Source of the DNA: Vicugna vicugna
Taxonomy: Eukaryota
Direction: 5' to 3'
Length of the DNA: 50,904 nt
Assembly: GCA_013265495.1 (NCBI GenBank)
Contig: MU058423.1
Location: 5,934,745 to 5,985,648, forward strand
Shown here piece after piece: positions 12,581 through 25,949 of the stretch. The position numbers and the translations under genes were made by a program. The stretch's first letter is position 1, and the number at the start of each line of letters is the position of its first letter. Below the pieces are notes generated by a model. That model ran no database searches, was not told where the DNA came from, and worked only from the letters and a program-made list of their open reading frames with translations.

Positions 12581-13189
12581 AAGAAAATGAATCTTCATTT
12601 TATGAAGAAAATTAACTTTATGAAGGAAAAAAGAAACCTCTACTTCTGCTTAATTAAGCACACAATATAATTTCTAAACCTTGTAAACATTACATCAATT
12701 AATAATAATAAATTAATATTATGTTTTAATTAAAATTCACATCGGGAATTAAAATGAAAATGCTGACATTTAGCTATGATTTATGTTCTCCATTTACAGC
12801 TATTAAAATCATTATAATCAAAATGCAAAATTCTGCACTATATTCTTAATATGTTGAAATAATTTACTCCTTATTTTTCACCTATTTGGCAATAAAATCA
12901 CACAAATCTTATGAAACATACAGACTACCAATTCAAATATTAGTTTACAAGAGAGGTATTTAGAACTAGTGTGCTAAATACTAGTCCTGAAATTGCCTCT
13001 GTGGATGTCAATATCATACTAAGAAGCATGTTAGGATTACTGTAGGTATGTGAATTATATATAAATAGTCCTTTTATGATACTTCACAAACAAAATATTT
13101 AACCATATCAATTTTTAAATAAGCATCATCTACTATAAATAGATATCACAATAACATCTTAAAGCTCCTTAAAGTTTTCAAATAACTGG

Positions 13190-13385
13190 CATTCACATGA
13201 TCTCATTTTGATATAATTTTAACACACTTTGGTTCACAGGCTAACTTCTGTAATATCCATTTTGCAAATGAGGAAACCACCTCCTAGAAATTAAATGATT
13301 GGATTGAGATCACATATTTAATAAGTGATAGTGTTTTGACTTAAACCAAGTCTTCTAATTCAAAGTCATATAATCTTTCCTATGT
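13190..13385 (-). mobile_element. MIR SINE
   Basis: Reverse MIR core 'atccattttgcaaatgaggaaac...aaatgattggattgagatcacatatttaataagtg...aaaccaagtcttctaattcaaagtc'. Confidence 0.75.
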
Positions 13386-13392
13386 TCTACTT

Positions 13393-13422
13393 TATATATA
13401 TATATATAGAGAGAGAGAGAGA
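13393..13422. repeat. Compound (TA)8(GA)7 microsatellite
   Basis: Read directly from the sequence. Confidence 0.95.
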
Positions 13423-14434
13423 TAGAAATAGATATAGATATTTGATATCTTATGAAAACTTGTGTAATCACTATCAACAGGGCAATACAGGTGAACCCTC
13501 ATGCAACTCACCAATGTGCAACCTTAATGAAAGCAAATGAAACAGGGCAGGTTTTACCAGGGACATTATCATTTTTAATTGCATTTTAGAAAATTTAGTA
13601 AATTGACATTTTGATTTTTGCACAGACAATTATGATAATTCCCTGTTTATCTTCATTCTAATTTTCTCTATATGAGCAATGCTGAAGTTTATTCCTGTAC
13701 CATCTTAATGAGGAATTCCAATTCACTCTGTATTATATTAAATATAAGCTGCTTATAATATCTTCATACTTATAAGTGTAGAATTTATTGACAAAGTGGT
13801 GCTAGTATTCAACCTTCCTTTTCCCATTCATCTTCCTCACAGCTTCACTGATAACATCTATTTTCTGAGACTTCTACTTCTTATTCACCCTGCTATAATC
13901 AATAGTCACCCAGATATCGCAAGTCCCTTTGTTTTCTGTTTCAACTTTTGTTTCTTGACAATTCTGACAACAATCATGGAATTGCCTTCCTGGAAGTTGA
14001 GAAGTAGTGGGGGTGGAGGAGAAATCTTTCTCTGCCACTGCTGAAAAGAAGTGTTGATGCCTGACATTAATCTAACCAGGGATCTGGGGAATCACATGTT
14101 TCTATATTCCTAAAATCCTTTAAGATGATTGTGGGATGGCCACTGAGTCTTCCATGAAAGAATACAACACAGTATCTTTTTATTTGAAGAAAAGTTATTC
14201 TACTTGTTAAGGAATTTTGATCTTCAGAAAAATCTCAGCATTATTGTGCTAAATGTCTTTGTGATTCTTTTCTGGGGCTGGCCTAGATTATAAGAGACAA
14301 TTTAGGTGTGAAATTTGGCTTAGAGACAGAAGTGATGGCTAATATATTCCATTACCCAAATGCTGTTCTTCCATTAAACTTAGCCTAAATATGTCAAATG
14401 CTCAATAAGCAAGATCACCTCTTGGTCTTAGCCA

Positions 14435-15141
14435 TGGGAATGTATTTTGGTGCATCCATTATGGAAGAAATTATGGAGATTCCTCAAAAAACTAAAAACA
14501 GACTTATCATATGATCTAACAATTCCACTCCTGGGTATATATCCAGAGGGAACTCTAATTCTAAAAGATACATGCATCCCAATGTTTATAGCAGCACTAT
14601 TTGCAATAGTCAAGACATGGAATCAACCTAAATGTCCATGGACAGAGGATTGGATAAAGAAGATGTGGTATATTTACACAATGGAATACCACTTAGCCAT
14701 AAAAAAGAATAAAATAATGTCATTTGCAGGAACACAGATGGACCTGGAGATCACCATTCTAAGTGAAGTAAGCCACAAAAGAAAGAAAAATACCACATGA
14801 TATCACTCATATGTGGAATCTTAAAAAAAAAAAAAGTGAACTTATTAACAAAACAGAAATGGACTCACAAAGAAAACTAACTTATAGTTACCAGGGGTGA
14901 AGTGGGTGGGAAGGGATAAATTGGGAGCTTGAGATTTGCAGATACTAATTACTATATATAAAGTAGGTAAACAATAAGTTTCTACTGTATAGCACAGGGA
15001 AATATATTCAATATTTTGTAGTAACCTATAATTAAAATGAATATGAAAACGAATATGTGTATGTGTATATAATGAATGAAATATTGTGTTGTACACCAGA
15101 AATTTACACATTATAAACTGACTATACTACAATAAAAAAAA
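14435..15141 (+). mobile_element. Lineage-specific L1, 5'-truncated: ORF2 C-terminus, 3' UTR and poly(A)
   Basis: ORF 14447-14800 (PLWKKLWRFLKKLK...IPLLGIYP...MFIAALFAIVKTWNQPKCP...WIKKMWYIYTMEY...ILSEVS) is the L1 ORF2p C-terminal segment. The element ends aataaaaaaaa. Confidence 0.95.
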
Positions 15142-17134
15142 TTAACACACACATAAAATATTTCTTCAGTTCTTTTAAACTTGTATTTCCTTGAAATTTA
15201 TTAAACTGGTCTATGAGATATCTGGACTTTTACAACATCTGGAATGCATCCTTACACAGGTAGATGCTCTATTATTTAAATTGTTTTAAGACTGGCATGA
15301 AGGATATAGGTAAACCTAGCAGTCATTCTAAGGTAATTTTTTAGAACTTAAAATGTTCATTTAGAAAATACTGATGAGGTGAGAGAATCCAGGAGGATAT
15401 TAAATACAAGCTAATTTGGATTTTTAAAACATTGTATTATTTTGATAATTAATCAAATGGATAATTCTCATATGTATAACTATAAATTAGCTGTACTGAT
15501 ATCCCTTCTAGTTAGTTTGAGCAAAGACTAAAATGATCTTTAAATGAGTTTTTATTATCCAAAAACACAAGAAATACTTTCTATTTAGACATGCTTTATG
15601 TTTAGAGGAGATTTATATTCATAAATGCTTTACACTTAGAACAGTATATTTAGACAGCTCCTTCAACTCTGTGCATTAAAATAGTGTGTTTCTTATTAAT
15701 CTACGGGACTAATGAGGTGCTGATAAATAGTAGCTTGAGCCCCTGCAAAGGTACATAAGAAGACTTAGTATTTATGAATCTAGTATTTATTTTACTCATT
15801 TTGATATTAGCCTTTTTTATACAGAAAGTAAATTCAACAATTCATTGTTTTAAATACATCCTTCTGTAAATTAGAATTGTCATATGTGACACAATATAAC
15901 TCTTGTAAACTCCCCTAACAATGAGAAGCCTTTCTAGATAATTTAATTGAAATAATCATTTTTATTATTTAAAAACAGCAATGTGATGTTACCTTTATGT
16001 GTTAGATTTATTTTACTAAGTTATTTTAATGTAGGTGATATTTTATGGATCCCCTGTAAGATGGAAAATTTAATAACTAAGTCAGATGACCAAAAAAAAA
16101 AAGTGTTAAGATGTCTTATATGTCAGGGTAGTATTATTGACTTTATTTCAGTAGGGCTATAAAATTAAAGGTAACTGAGCTACATGGAATTTATGCTCCT
16201 ACAGGGAATAATGGACAAACTCATAGCACGTAAGTCTTAGAAGTCATTAAATAATTCGTTACTAAAGGGAATAGTGGCGAGAAGGCAGAGAAGAAAAAAA
16301 ATCATTGCAAATTGAAGTATTAAAGTCTATGTATTAAAAAGAAGAAAGGCAAAGGAAATACAAATCAAAACACATGAGGAATGACCTTAACCTGGAGTTT
16401 AAATTCAACCTAAAAAATCAAATACAATATGATATAATCTATGGAAGTTTTGGGAGGTGGAGAAAGTGAGGGTGGTTCAAGTTGGGGCAGGTGGCATGGG
16501 GTTGCTACAGGCAAGAAATATTATTTCAGCCTCAGGCATTTTGAACTGACAGCTGGGTAAGGAGAGAAAATCTAAGGTCATTTAGGTATATTATTAAAGT
16601 TTTGAGAAGGAACTGTTAAAAGTTTCTGATGACTTGGGTATCAAGAAACCCTAACTGGCTAATACTTGTGATTAAAAGGTGATCAGTATTGTAAAACGCA
16701 GATTACAGAGTTTGAGTGATAAAAGTAAACAGTAAATATATTGAATAAGCACTTTTTAACTATATAAATGAATTAAATAACTACAGACCTAGACAGAAAA
16801 ATGTTATATAGTTATCATTATTATATCTAGTTTCAAGATTATCTGGTAACTTTCTTTAAAGGAACTTGTGGATAGACTACTATGTGGTCATTTCATCAGC
16901 CTATTTATTTAATTGTGTAGTATAAATTTGATTTAACACTCCCTCTCAAACTTCTGTAGAATTTTCACAATAATTTCTACATAGGTAATATTAAACAAGT
17001 AACTTAGTAGCAAGTTTTTAAATATTAACACATGAAGTTTAAAGTGAAGTCTATGTAAGAACAGTCTTTTTTCAAAAGTCATGACTGTAAAATACTAAAA
17101 TTTCTATTAATAACATAAATATAAGAAAGTGAAC

Positions 17135-17345
17135 AGAACTCTAACACCTCCCCTCATTGTTTACAGCATGTTACATAGCATGTCTTACAATTTAAAACTT
17201 ATTATTACATAACTTACTATTTAGATACTGGTTCATTTGTTTATCACCACACTAAACCCACTAGAATATAAACTGTATTACTTACACAGGATCCTGAGGC
17301 TTAGAACAGTGCTATGTACATAGTAAGCACTTAAAAATAATACAC
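17135..17345 (+). mobile_element. L2 3'-end relic
   Basis: 'cccactagaatataaact...gcttagaacagtgctatgtacatagtaagcacttaaaaataa' matches the L2/MIR 3' tail. Confidence 0.55.
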
Positions 17346-18065
17346 CTAAGATATGTTGCCAGGACTTTTCCTGATTAACGTAAAAGACATTTGAAGAGAA
17401 TTTTGATGTCACACTACCCTTTCTTTCGATATTTAGCCACATAAATAGGGAGGAAAAGCAGGGTCTGAATAAAGTTAAATCATAAAAAAGATAAATCATC
17501 AAATTAGACAAGATCAGAAACTTACATTATTTGGAAGTTGTTCCTTAGAGGTTTTGATGATAGAATGCCTAAAGGGTAGGTGGAAATGTATAGTCCCAAA
17601 GATCCATTGGCTTCATGTAGGAAGTAGCAAAAACAGTCATTTAAAAATGAAGAATAAAAAGATAAGAACAGGAAGTTTTTAGTCTCGGTGTAAATCAGGA
17701 TTTTTCATATGAATGCAAAATTAATTGGAGTTAAGAGAAAAAAAATCTTGCTTGAAACTATTTACCACATATAAGTAGAATGTATTTGCTATATTCTTTA
17801 TAATTTTTCCATTATATGATTTATAGCCATTGGTTGAATGAATTAGATGACTGGGGCATTACAGTAAAAGTTTTCTTTTTTATTTCATCTTTTTAAAGAG
17901 AAATGTGAAAAAATACAACTTGCCTTGATATATTTTTAAAATTCAGATCAACAAAATTACTGAGTCTTAAAAACAGTCCTACCAACTATCCAAATTGTGG
18001 TAATAGTGTCTAAGCCACTATAAGCCTAGAACTGCAAATATTAAACCTATGCTAACAAGAACTGA

Positions 18066-18305
18066 TAATACTCAAGGCTTATCATTTACTACTATGTGTT
18101 AAGCACGTTTCAAAGTGCCACATATATTATATACACGTATACATATAATCCTTGGAAGAATGCTGCAAGAAAATATTAATATCCATATTTTCAGATGAGG
18201 AATTCAAGGCCGAAAAATAGTGAATTGCCTAAAGGCACACAGTTAGAATCAAATGGGAACATAAGCGTTCACTTGAAATTCTGGTCTTAACCATCATGTT
18301 TTATC
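18066..18305 (-). mobile_element. MIR SINE
   Basis: 'ctatgtgttaagcac...atccatattttcagatgaggaattcaaggc...ttgcctaaaggcacacagttag...tcttaaccatc' is the reverse MIR. Confidence 0.75.
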
Positions 18306-18799
18306 ACCTCCTATAAAGTTATGGCGAGCACAAAGCACAATATGTGCTCCAATTTTCTCTTGGATTTTAAACTATACCAAAGATACTATGAGAAACAGAA
18401 TCATCAAGATTTAAAATGAAACTATCTTAAATATTACGGACACATTTCCATGTCACTTGAGGAAAACACTCCAGCCTTTTAAACTGCAGATTTCTAGTCA
18501 AGATGATGTTATGAGTTTACATGTGAAAATCCAACTCCATGTCAAAATGATGACAGTATATGTGTACACACACATATATGTACACCCAAGCATAGAAATG
18601 TTTATACATAATAGAAAACGAATAAAGCAAGATTTTAAAAACTGTTGTATGTACAAAGAATACTGAACCCCAACTGTGTGTGTGTACAGACAGAAATATA
18701 CTTATCTATGTATATATACACACAACATAATTATTAAAAAAAAAACCCTCAAAACTGGGATTTACTTTAGGCAAGCCACAAACAGATATATAAGTTATA

Positions 18800-19260
18800 A
18801 CAGAGATACACAGATAAAGAAGTTCATCTGAGGAGGTCCAGCACCATCCATTGGGAACCTAGAAAGAGGGAAGAGCAACAATTATAGAAAAGTAATATTT
18901 GAACAATCTCAGCTGAAATTTTTTTTCAAAATTGATGATAAACAGATGGTTTCTTCATCTATCTTCTTCATACACTACTATCATTGCCTCTCCTCTCATT
19001 TGTCTTCTTCAGATGGAGAGCACATCAATTACAAAGCAAAAGGAATACATTTTTTTTAATATACAGGTATATCATAGTGAAATGACAAAGTATCAAGAAT
19101 AAAGAGAAAAATCTTAAAAATTTGGGAGAAAATTAAACAGCAACCAAATGAGAATAGCAGAAGACTTATAATCAGTAAAAAATAAGATTCAACTAATAAA
19201 ATCCAAGTAAATATAGATATTTAAATTTTAGCATAAAAGATTTTACCACCCACATACTCT
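18800..19260 (+). mobile_element. Very old L1 ORF1-region relic
   Basis: 'aatatttgaacaatctcagctgaaatttt...caaaattgatga' and 'tatcatagtgaaatgac...aataaagagaaaaatcttaaaa' resemble L1M ORF1. Confidence 0.45.
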
Positions 19261-19425
19261 GTCATAGTTGGTTCCAAAGTGAATAAAAATTAAGGCTAGA
19301 AAGATTAAAAGTGAAATATTTCAAATTTATATGTAATGTTTTATATTTTTCATTAAAATTATAAAGGAAATGTAACAAAATAACAGGATTCCTTAATTCC
19401 AAAAGATTAAAATAAATTGGATGTT

Positions 19426-20922
19426 GGCTATCTACATTTCCTCTTTGGAAAAATAACTATTCAGTTCTTCTGCCCATTTTTTAATCAGGCTGCTTGTTTT
19501 TTGGATGTTGAGTTGTATGAGGTGTTTATATATGATGGATACTAATCTCTTATCAGTCATATCACTTGCAAATATTTTTCTCCCATTCAGTAGGTTGTCT
19601 TTTCATTTCACCAATGGTTTCCTTTGCTGAGAAAAAGCTTTTAAGTTTAATTAGTTCCCATTGACTTATTTTTGCTTTTCTTTTATTTTAGGAGACAGAT
19701 CCAAAAAAAATTTGCTGCAATTCATGTTAGAGTATTTGGCCTAAATTTTCCCCTAGGAGTTTCAGAGTATTGATCCTACATTTAGGTGTTTAATCCATTT
19801 TGAGTTTATTTCTATATATGGTGTTAGAGGATGTTTTCCCAGCACCTCTTATTGAAGAGACTGCCTTTTCTCCAGTATATATTCCTACCTCCTTTGTAGT
19901 AGATTTACTGACCATAAGTACATGTGTTTATTTTTGGGCTTTCTACCCTATTCCATTGATCTATGTGTCTACCATGCTGTTTTGATTACTGTAGCTTTAT
20001 AGTATAGTCTGAAATTAGGGAGCCTGATTTCTCCAGCTCTGTTTTATCTCAAGATTATTTTGGCTATTCAGGCACATGAAAAGATGCTTAACATCACTAA
20101 TCATCAGGGAAATGCAAATGAAAACTACAATGAGACATCACCTCATACCTGTTAGAATTGCTATCATCAGAATGAACACGAATAACAAATGCTGGCAAGG
20201 ATGCAGAAAAAAGGGAACCCTCATACACTGCTGGTGGGAATGTAAATTGGTGTAGCCACTATGGAAAACAGTATGAAGGCTCCTCAAAAGCTAAATAAAA
20301 ATAGAACTACCATATGACCCAACAATTCCACTTCTGGGTATATATATCCAAAATAACAAAAAAACACTAATTTGAAAAGATACATGAATCTCAATGTTCA
20401 CAGTAGTGCTATTTACAATTGTTAAGATATGTAAGCAACCTGTTTCCATCAACAGATAAATGGATAAAGGAGATATGGTATTTATACACACACACACACA
20501 TATGCACACAATGGAATACTACTTAGCCATAAAAAAGAACAAGATTTTGCCATTTGCAGCAACATAGATTACTTGGAGGGCATTAGACTAAGTGAAATAA
20601 GTCAGAGAAAGACAAATATTGTATGACATCACTTATATGTTGAAACTAAAAAAGACAACAAAGTAGTAAATATGAAAAAAAGAAGCAGAACTGCAGATAT
20701 AGAGAACAAAGTAGTGTAACCAGTGGAGAGGTGGGGAGGGGCAATACAGGGTGGGGAAAGTGAGAGGTATTAGATATCATGTATGATACATGCTATAAGA
20801 ACGCATTGTACTACACAGGGAATATAGCCATTATTTTGTAAACAGAGTGTAACCTTTAAAAATTGTATAAAAATTACATAAACAAAAATAATAAATAATT
20901 TAAGAAACAAACAAAAAAGATC
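19426..20922 (+). mobile_element. L1 with 5' inversion (19426-20070 inverted; 20071-20922 forward ORF2 end, 3' UTR and tail), bounded by a TSD
   Basis: TSD aattggatgtt at 19415-19425 and 20923-20933. The inverted part rejoins the forward part exactly at the L1 sequence gccaaca|ggcacatg. Confidence 0.93.
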
Positions 20923-23900
20923 AATTGGATGTTTATTCTTTTAACCATGGTCTTGCTTTCTACCAAACAAGACCAAAGACCAGTAAATTTTTGTTTGTTT
21001 GTTTACCAATAAAACCCCCAAAACAATAAATGCATTGTGTATCATTCCCTCTTCACTCGTATGTTTCATTTTCCTTAAGCATAAATTACGTACTCTGACA
21101 TTCTAACTCTGCTGCAGATAGCAGGAGCATAGCAATAAGAGCAACGACAATAAAAATATTAATACTACTACTAATAATAATAAACAATGAGTGAACAGGT
21201 CTGTAACAAATAGTCTGTATTTGCAACAAAATACATATATGAAAAAAAACTGCCAATCACTGTTTCATTCAATTTCGGGAAAATAAAATTCCAACACTGA
21301 ACTCCTTTGTCTGTGAAACATTAATATTTAGAAAACTGAAAATATACATTCAAGGAGTATGCAGGCCAATATAATTTTAAAGTAATCAATCTGAGATTTT
21401 TTTGTACTTGCTCTAACAAAAGACTTTTTCTCACTATACAAAAGAAAGACATACTCTTCACCCATCTCAAATCTTATTGTGCTCTCTTGCCCTAGAGTAT
21501 GAAAATCTCTGGGGCACCAAAGAAAGAGAACATTTTCTTTAATAACTAATCAGTGCCTCTTAAATACATGCAGGTAGCTGTTTTTATGCCTTGTAAATTT
21601 CTGTTAAAAGTGAAACACATAGATGGAAACAGAATATCTTGACCAGTGACAAGATACTATGAATTTGGACATACGTGGTAAACTGCTGCTGCAGGCATAA
21701 TACTGATTTTTGCATAATGAATTCATCTCTTCCATTCCATGACTATTTTCCAAGAATGTATCTCTCATGAGAGACAGTTCCATGACAGCAAAACATCACC
21801 TTAAGAAAGATTTCATTCAATAAGTGGCTATCATCTCCCCTCACTCTTTAAAGTAAGCATTTTTTTCCAGCTAGTGTTAAAACTAATTCCTAGGCTAGGT
21901 CATTAGCTGGAAAGAAAAAGCACTATTTACCAGTCAAGGCAGAAAAGCTGAGTAAAGCTAAATTCTCTCAAACATAATTGCATTCTTTTCTAGGACAATT
22001 AAAGTTTTTTTGAGATATATCAGTTCAAACCCATGGATACAACTTTTAAGGAGTTGCAGATCGGGTGTATATTATTGAATAAGGAAATTAAAAGTATTTT
22101 TATCAATTTTATCTTGAAATCTTTTAATTAAAGGCAATCTTCATCTTGTTTTTCTTTCCTATTAACCAAAACTAAAATTATGTGAAACCTGCCACATCTA
22201 TTACTTTTTAGGAAAGGAAAAGATACCTCTTCCTTTCATTGGTATATAAGGATATTTTGATAATAATGTCTAACAAAAATCAATGGAATTTTTCCTGATT
22301 TTACACTAGATTCTTATTTATTTACACCAAAATGAAAACTGGAGTCCAATATATTTTCACAAACACACTTTACCCTTTTGGTGCTTAAGGTCAAGAATGC
22401 ATTTTCATGGATTCCTTGTCATCAATGGAAGTCACCATGCATCTCAGGGGAATGGATGATGATATATTACTGGAAGTCCTACTTGCCAAAGAGCAGCCTC
22501 AGGGCAAGAAGATTAAAATAACCTTAGTTTCCTTTGTTGACAACAAGAGGCATTCTAGGGTCTTCTGGATATCTGCTAAGCAGTTACCCTCACTTACAGC
22601 AAATTTATAATGAGGATACAACTTTTATCATTCCCATCTAATCTTTCATTCTGATACTCACTCTATTTATAATAACCTCTGACTTCCTAGAGAGCAGAAT
22701 TACAAATTGGCTATTTACCTAGCAGTCGCTGCAGCATACATTGCCCCTCTACAGATAGGAGATTTGGGGCCTTCCAGTACATTCACTACTCAGAAGTACA
22801 GGGCAGACTAATTAATACACCTTATTCCATGTTAGGTAAGAATATAACTGTCACTGCCAGAGAATCTGGAATGATTCTCACATTCTCATTCTAACACTAC
22901 TGCCAACACCACTCTGTTATGATGACTGAATTGCAAGAGGATTTCTGCAAAACATCTCAAAAGCTGCGATGGATTGAGTTACCTGAAATGGTCACAGTTT
23001 TGTCCAGACATCACCAGAGAAGCTCATCAAAGTGGATTTAGTAATGTTGACCTCAGAATGAAAAAAGATATATAATAATGATTCTGCCTAATGTTTCATC
23101 TTCCTCCAACAGCTAAGCATGTTTAACTGTCCATTGTTTTTTGCTTTTTTGTTTTTTAATTGATTCTGGGTCAAGTTTATGTTAACCAGTCTAAAGCCAA
23201 AAGTTTCCAATCTGAATTTCAGACTTAGTTAAAACAGCAACTAGATGAGGAAAGTGTTATGCAATACTCTGCAGACAGCTCTGTAATTAGTCCATTTTTA
23301 TGCTAAAAATTTTGAGGAGTTCATCCTTTTTCTTACAGTATAATTTATGCAACTCTTATTAAAACTTATGTCACAGAACCGAGCATGCATTCTAGGACAC
23401 CAGTCAATACCTCAATTTCTGCCACAAGATATGGTGTCATATTTTCACATCCAAGTATCCAGAAGCCTCTTCATTTTCTCAGCATCAACCAAAAACAAAC
23501 CTGGAAAAAGTTATACATGAGACCAAAAAATCAAATAAATGGGTTTTGTGCCACACTTGATCTTCATGGAAAAGCAAAGAAAACTGGCCCACTTAGCAGC
23601 AAGTATATAGTAAGGAAATTCCCTGGTTAAAAGAATCCAGAAATACTGTCTTCTATAAAATTAGGTGGTAGAGAGACCACACAAGCAAGCAAGGATCTAG
23701 TTCATAAATAAGCAAGCAAATTCTGCACCAATGCTAAATACATTTGTGTTTATTTCTTACTGTATCACTAGCCTACAGCTTGCTTAAGTAATCACCTGCC
23801 AAAACCTCTCTTCTCTCAAGTAATAAATAATTTCTGAGAGTGGTTATATTATACTACTTTAAATCTCAAACATCTTTCAGAGTAACCTATAGATCTAAAC

Positions 23901-25356
23901 TATAATTTAGAAAGGTTAATCTAACAGCTCTATATAAAATAGCTTAGGTAATAAAACTATTTTAAAATAGCTATATATTCAGTTTTTATTAAAATGTCCA
24001 GCTAGAAATAATCAGTTTGAGTTCTGGAGGAATGGCATTTGCAGCAAAGGAGGGAGGAATTCAGGAAGATGTATCCACTGATACAAGGTTTAATCTTCCT
24101 GAAGAGCAGTGAATGGATCTAAGGTGGCTAATGTTGAAGACCCAGCACACGACATTTAGCTGGTAAGAGATGGGAAATGGAGAACACAGAAGCTTTGTTT
24201 TGTCAATCAAGAAAAGTCTATGTGTGAGATGCCATTGATTCATTTATTTTAAAAATATTTATTCAGGGTCTTCTGTATGTTAAGGTCAGGTAAAAATAAT
24301 AAAAACCTGTAAACACATCATTGAAGATAATGGCTTTGAAAACACTGAGTTTGGAAACTTGGAAGTTACTAATAACTTTTAAAATCATTTTAATACTATT
24401 GTTGGACACAAGCAAGACTGTAAACCACAGCTTCCTTATTAGTCAAGGATAGTCATTAGTCATTAGTATATTCCTTATATAGTCATAGATAGAAGGTTAA
24501 AGCCAGTGACACTGGAGAATAGAAAATAAGGATCAGTCCACACAGGCATATCCAGACGAAGGGATTAAAGTAAGCCTTATGAGAAGCAGGAATTCAGATC
24601 TGGACTTCTTAAATGATGACAGGAACTGTGACCCAGGACCAAGCAAGTAAATGGGTTTCTAAAATAGTTCACCAAGACAGATCTGCAAGTACCAAAGAAT
24701 ATTGATTTTTCTCTCTTCTGAAAATGAAAAGAGTATGAGCCAAAACTATATGTGGCTAAAGTATTCAATGAAATGGTATCATGGCTGTTATAAGTTCTAG
24801 TCATTTTTCCTTTGTGGGTCCCTTCCTCAGTAAAATACACATATGCATGTTAGCACATATATTTTGATTGTACTGGTATAAAGATGAATATAAGCCAGAC
24901 TAGATTCATTGTTATATATTCAATATTATTATACTCATTTTATTTTGATTTTAAAAGACATTGAAATAAAACTATTTCCCTGGACCCTAGCATATAGTAG
25001 GCTCTAGGCACTATTTCACCTGTGCCTTGCAGATAACTTAGTGTTGATGGGCAGACTGTTTCTTATGTAATACATAACTCTGAGTTTCCTAACAGAAGAC
25101 CCATGCCAAGAATCTGCAACATAGATGCCTGGAAAGAGTCAAATGTAGTATCACAAGGAGATGGGATATAATGAAGAGAAATAATCTTACATAACATGAA
25201 CTTTCAAATAAAAATTACCTCTTTTAACAGAAAATGTAAACAACTAAGGATATTCAATAGATAGAAACGTATTTCCCAGAGGACCATGAATATAGTTGTC
25301 AAGGATGTGTAAAAATATAACCATTGCAACCATGCAAAGAATAAAGGGATAAACAA

Positions 25357-25841
25357 TGTGGTGAATAATAACAGGTGTCCCCAGTGAGTTGCACTTTAGT
25401 GTACAGGTGAAATCTGTGACTTGCTTCTAATCAACAGATAATGGGATCTCACTCCCAAGAATGTGTTTGTTAAGTAAGACCCCTAGCCACTGGGGAGAGA
25501 GAGAGAGAAACTGAGGTATCTTCCTGCTGGCCTAGAAGAAGTGAGCTTCCATGATGTAAAATGGTCTGTGGGAGGAACACATGGCAGGGAACTGTGGGCA
25601 GCTTCCAGAACTAGGTAGAGCGCTCAAGTCACAGTCAGTAAGAAGAATCCTGGGATCTCAGTTATAGAATCACAAGGAAATAAACCCTGACAACAACCAA
25701 AATGAACATGGAATCATATTCTTGCCCAGTAAGTTATCAGAAGAAAATGCAGCCTGGCCCATACCTTGACCATAGCCTTTTAAGACCTGGATAAAGCTAA
25801 TAAGTCATGACAGAACTCCTGTTCACAGAAGCTGTGACAAT

Positions 25842-25878
<37 letters not shown>

Positions 25879-25930
25879 AAGATGTATATATTTGGGTAAT
25901 TCATTACATAGCAACAGAAAATATATGAAT
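25357..25930 (+). mobile_element. MaLR solo LTR (MLT1E-like)
   Basis: Starts tgtggt. Contains 'tgtgacttgcttctaatcaacag', 'cacatggcagggaactgtgggcagc', 'cacaaggaaataaaccctgacaacaacc', 'aatgcagcctggcccataccttga', and ends 'tttgggtaattcattacatagcaacagaaaa'. Confidence 0.85.
25844..25875. repeat. (GT)16 microsatellite within the MLT1 LTR
   Basis: Read directly from the sequence. Confidence 0.95.
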
Positions 25931-25949
25931 AAGAAATGATAGGTCTGAA

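Noticed and set aside
12576..12632. Three copies of tttatgaag(a/g)aaa
   Set aside because: A short local slippage duplication at an L1 tail, with no spacer structure. It is not a CRISPR-like array.
14447..14800. 117-aa ORF as a host gene
   Set aside because: It is the L1 ORF2p C-terminus inside a 5'-truncated L1. ORFs 27645-27974, 29593-29841, 42861-43133 and 10107-10427 likewise lie wholly or largely in L1 fragments.
18943..19017. About 60-nt pyrimidine-rich insert flanked by cagatgg repeats inside the old L1 relic
   Set aside because: A 7-bp repeat is too short to distinguish from chance, and the insert has no tail or recognisable source.
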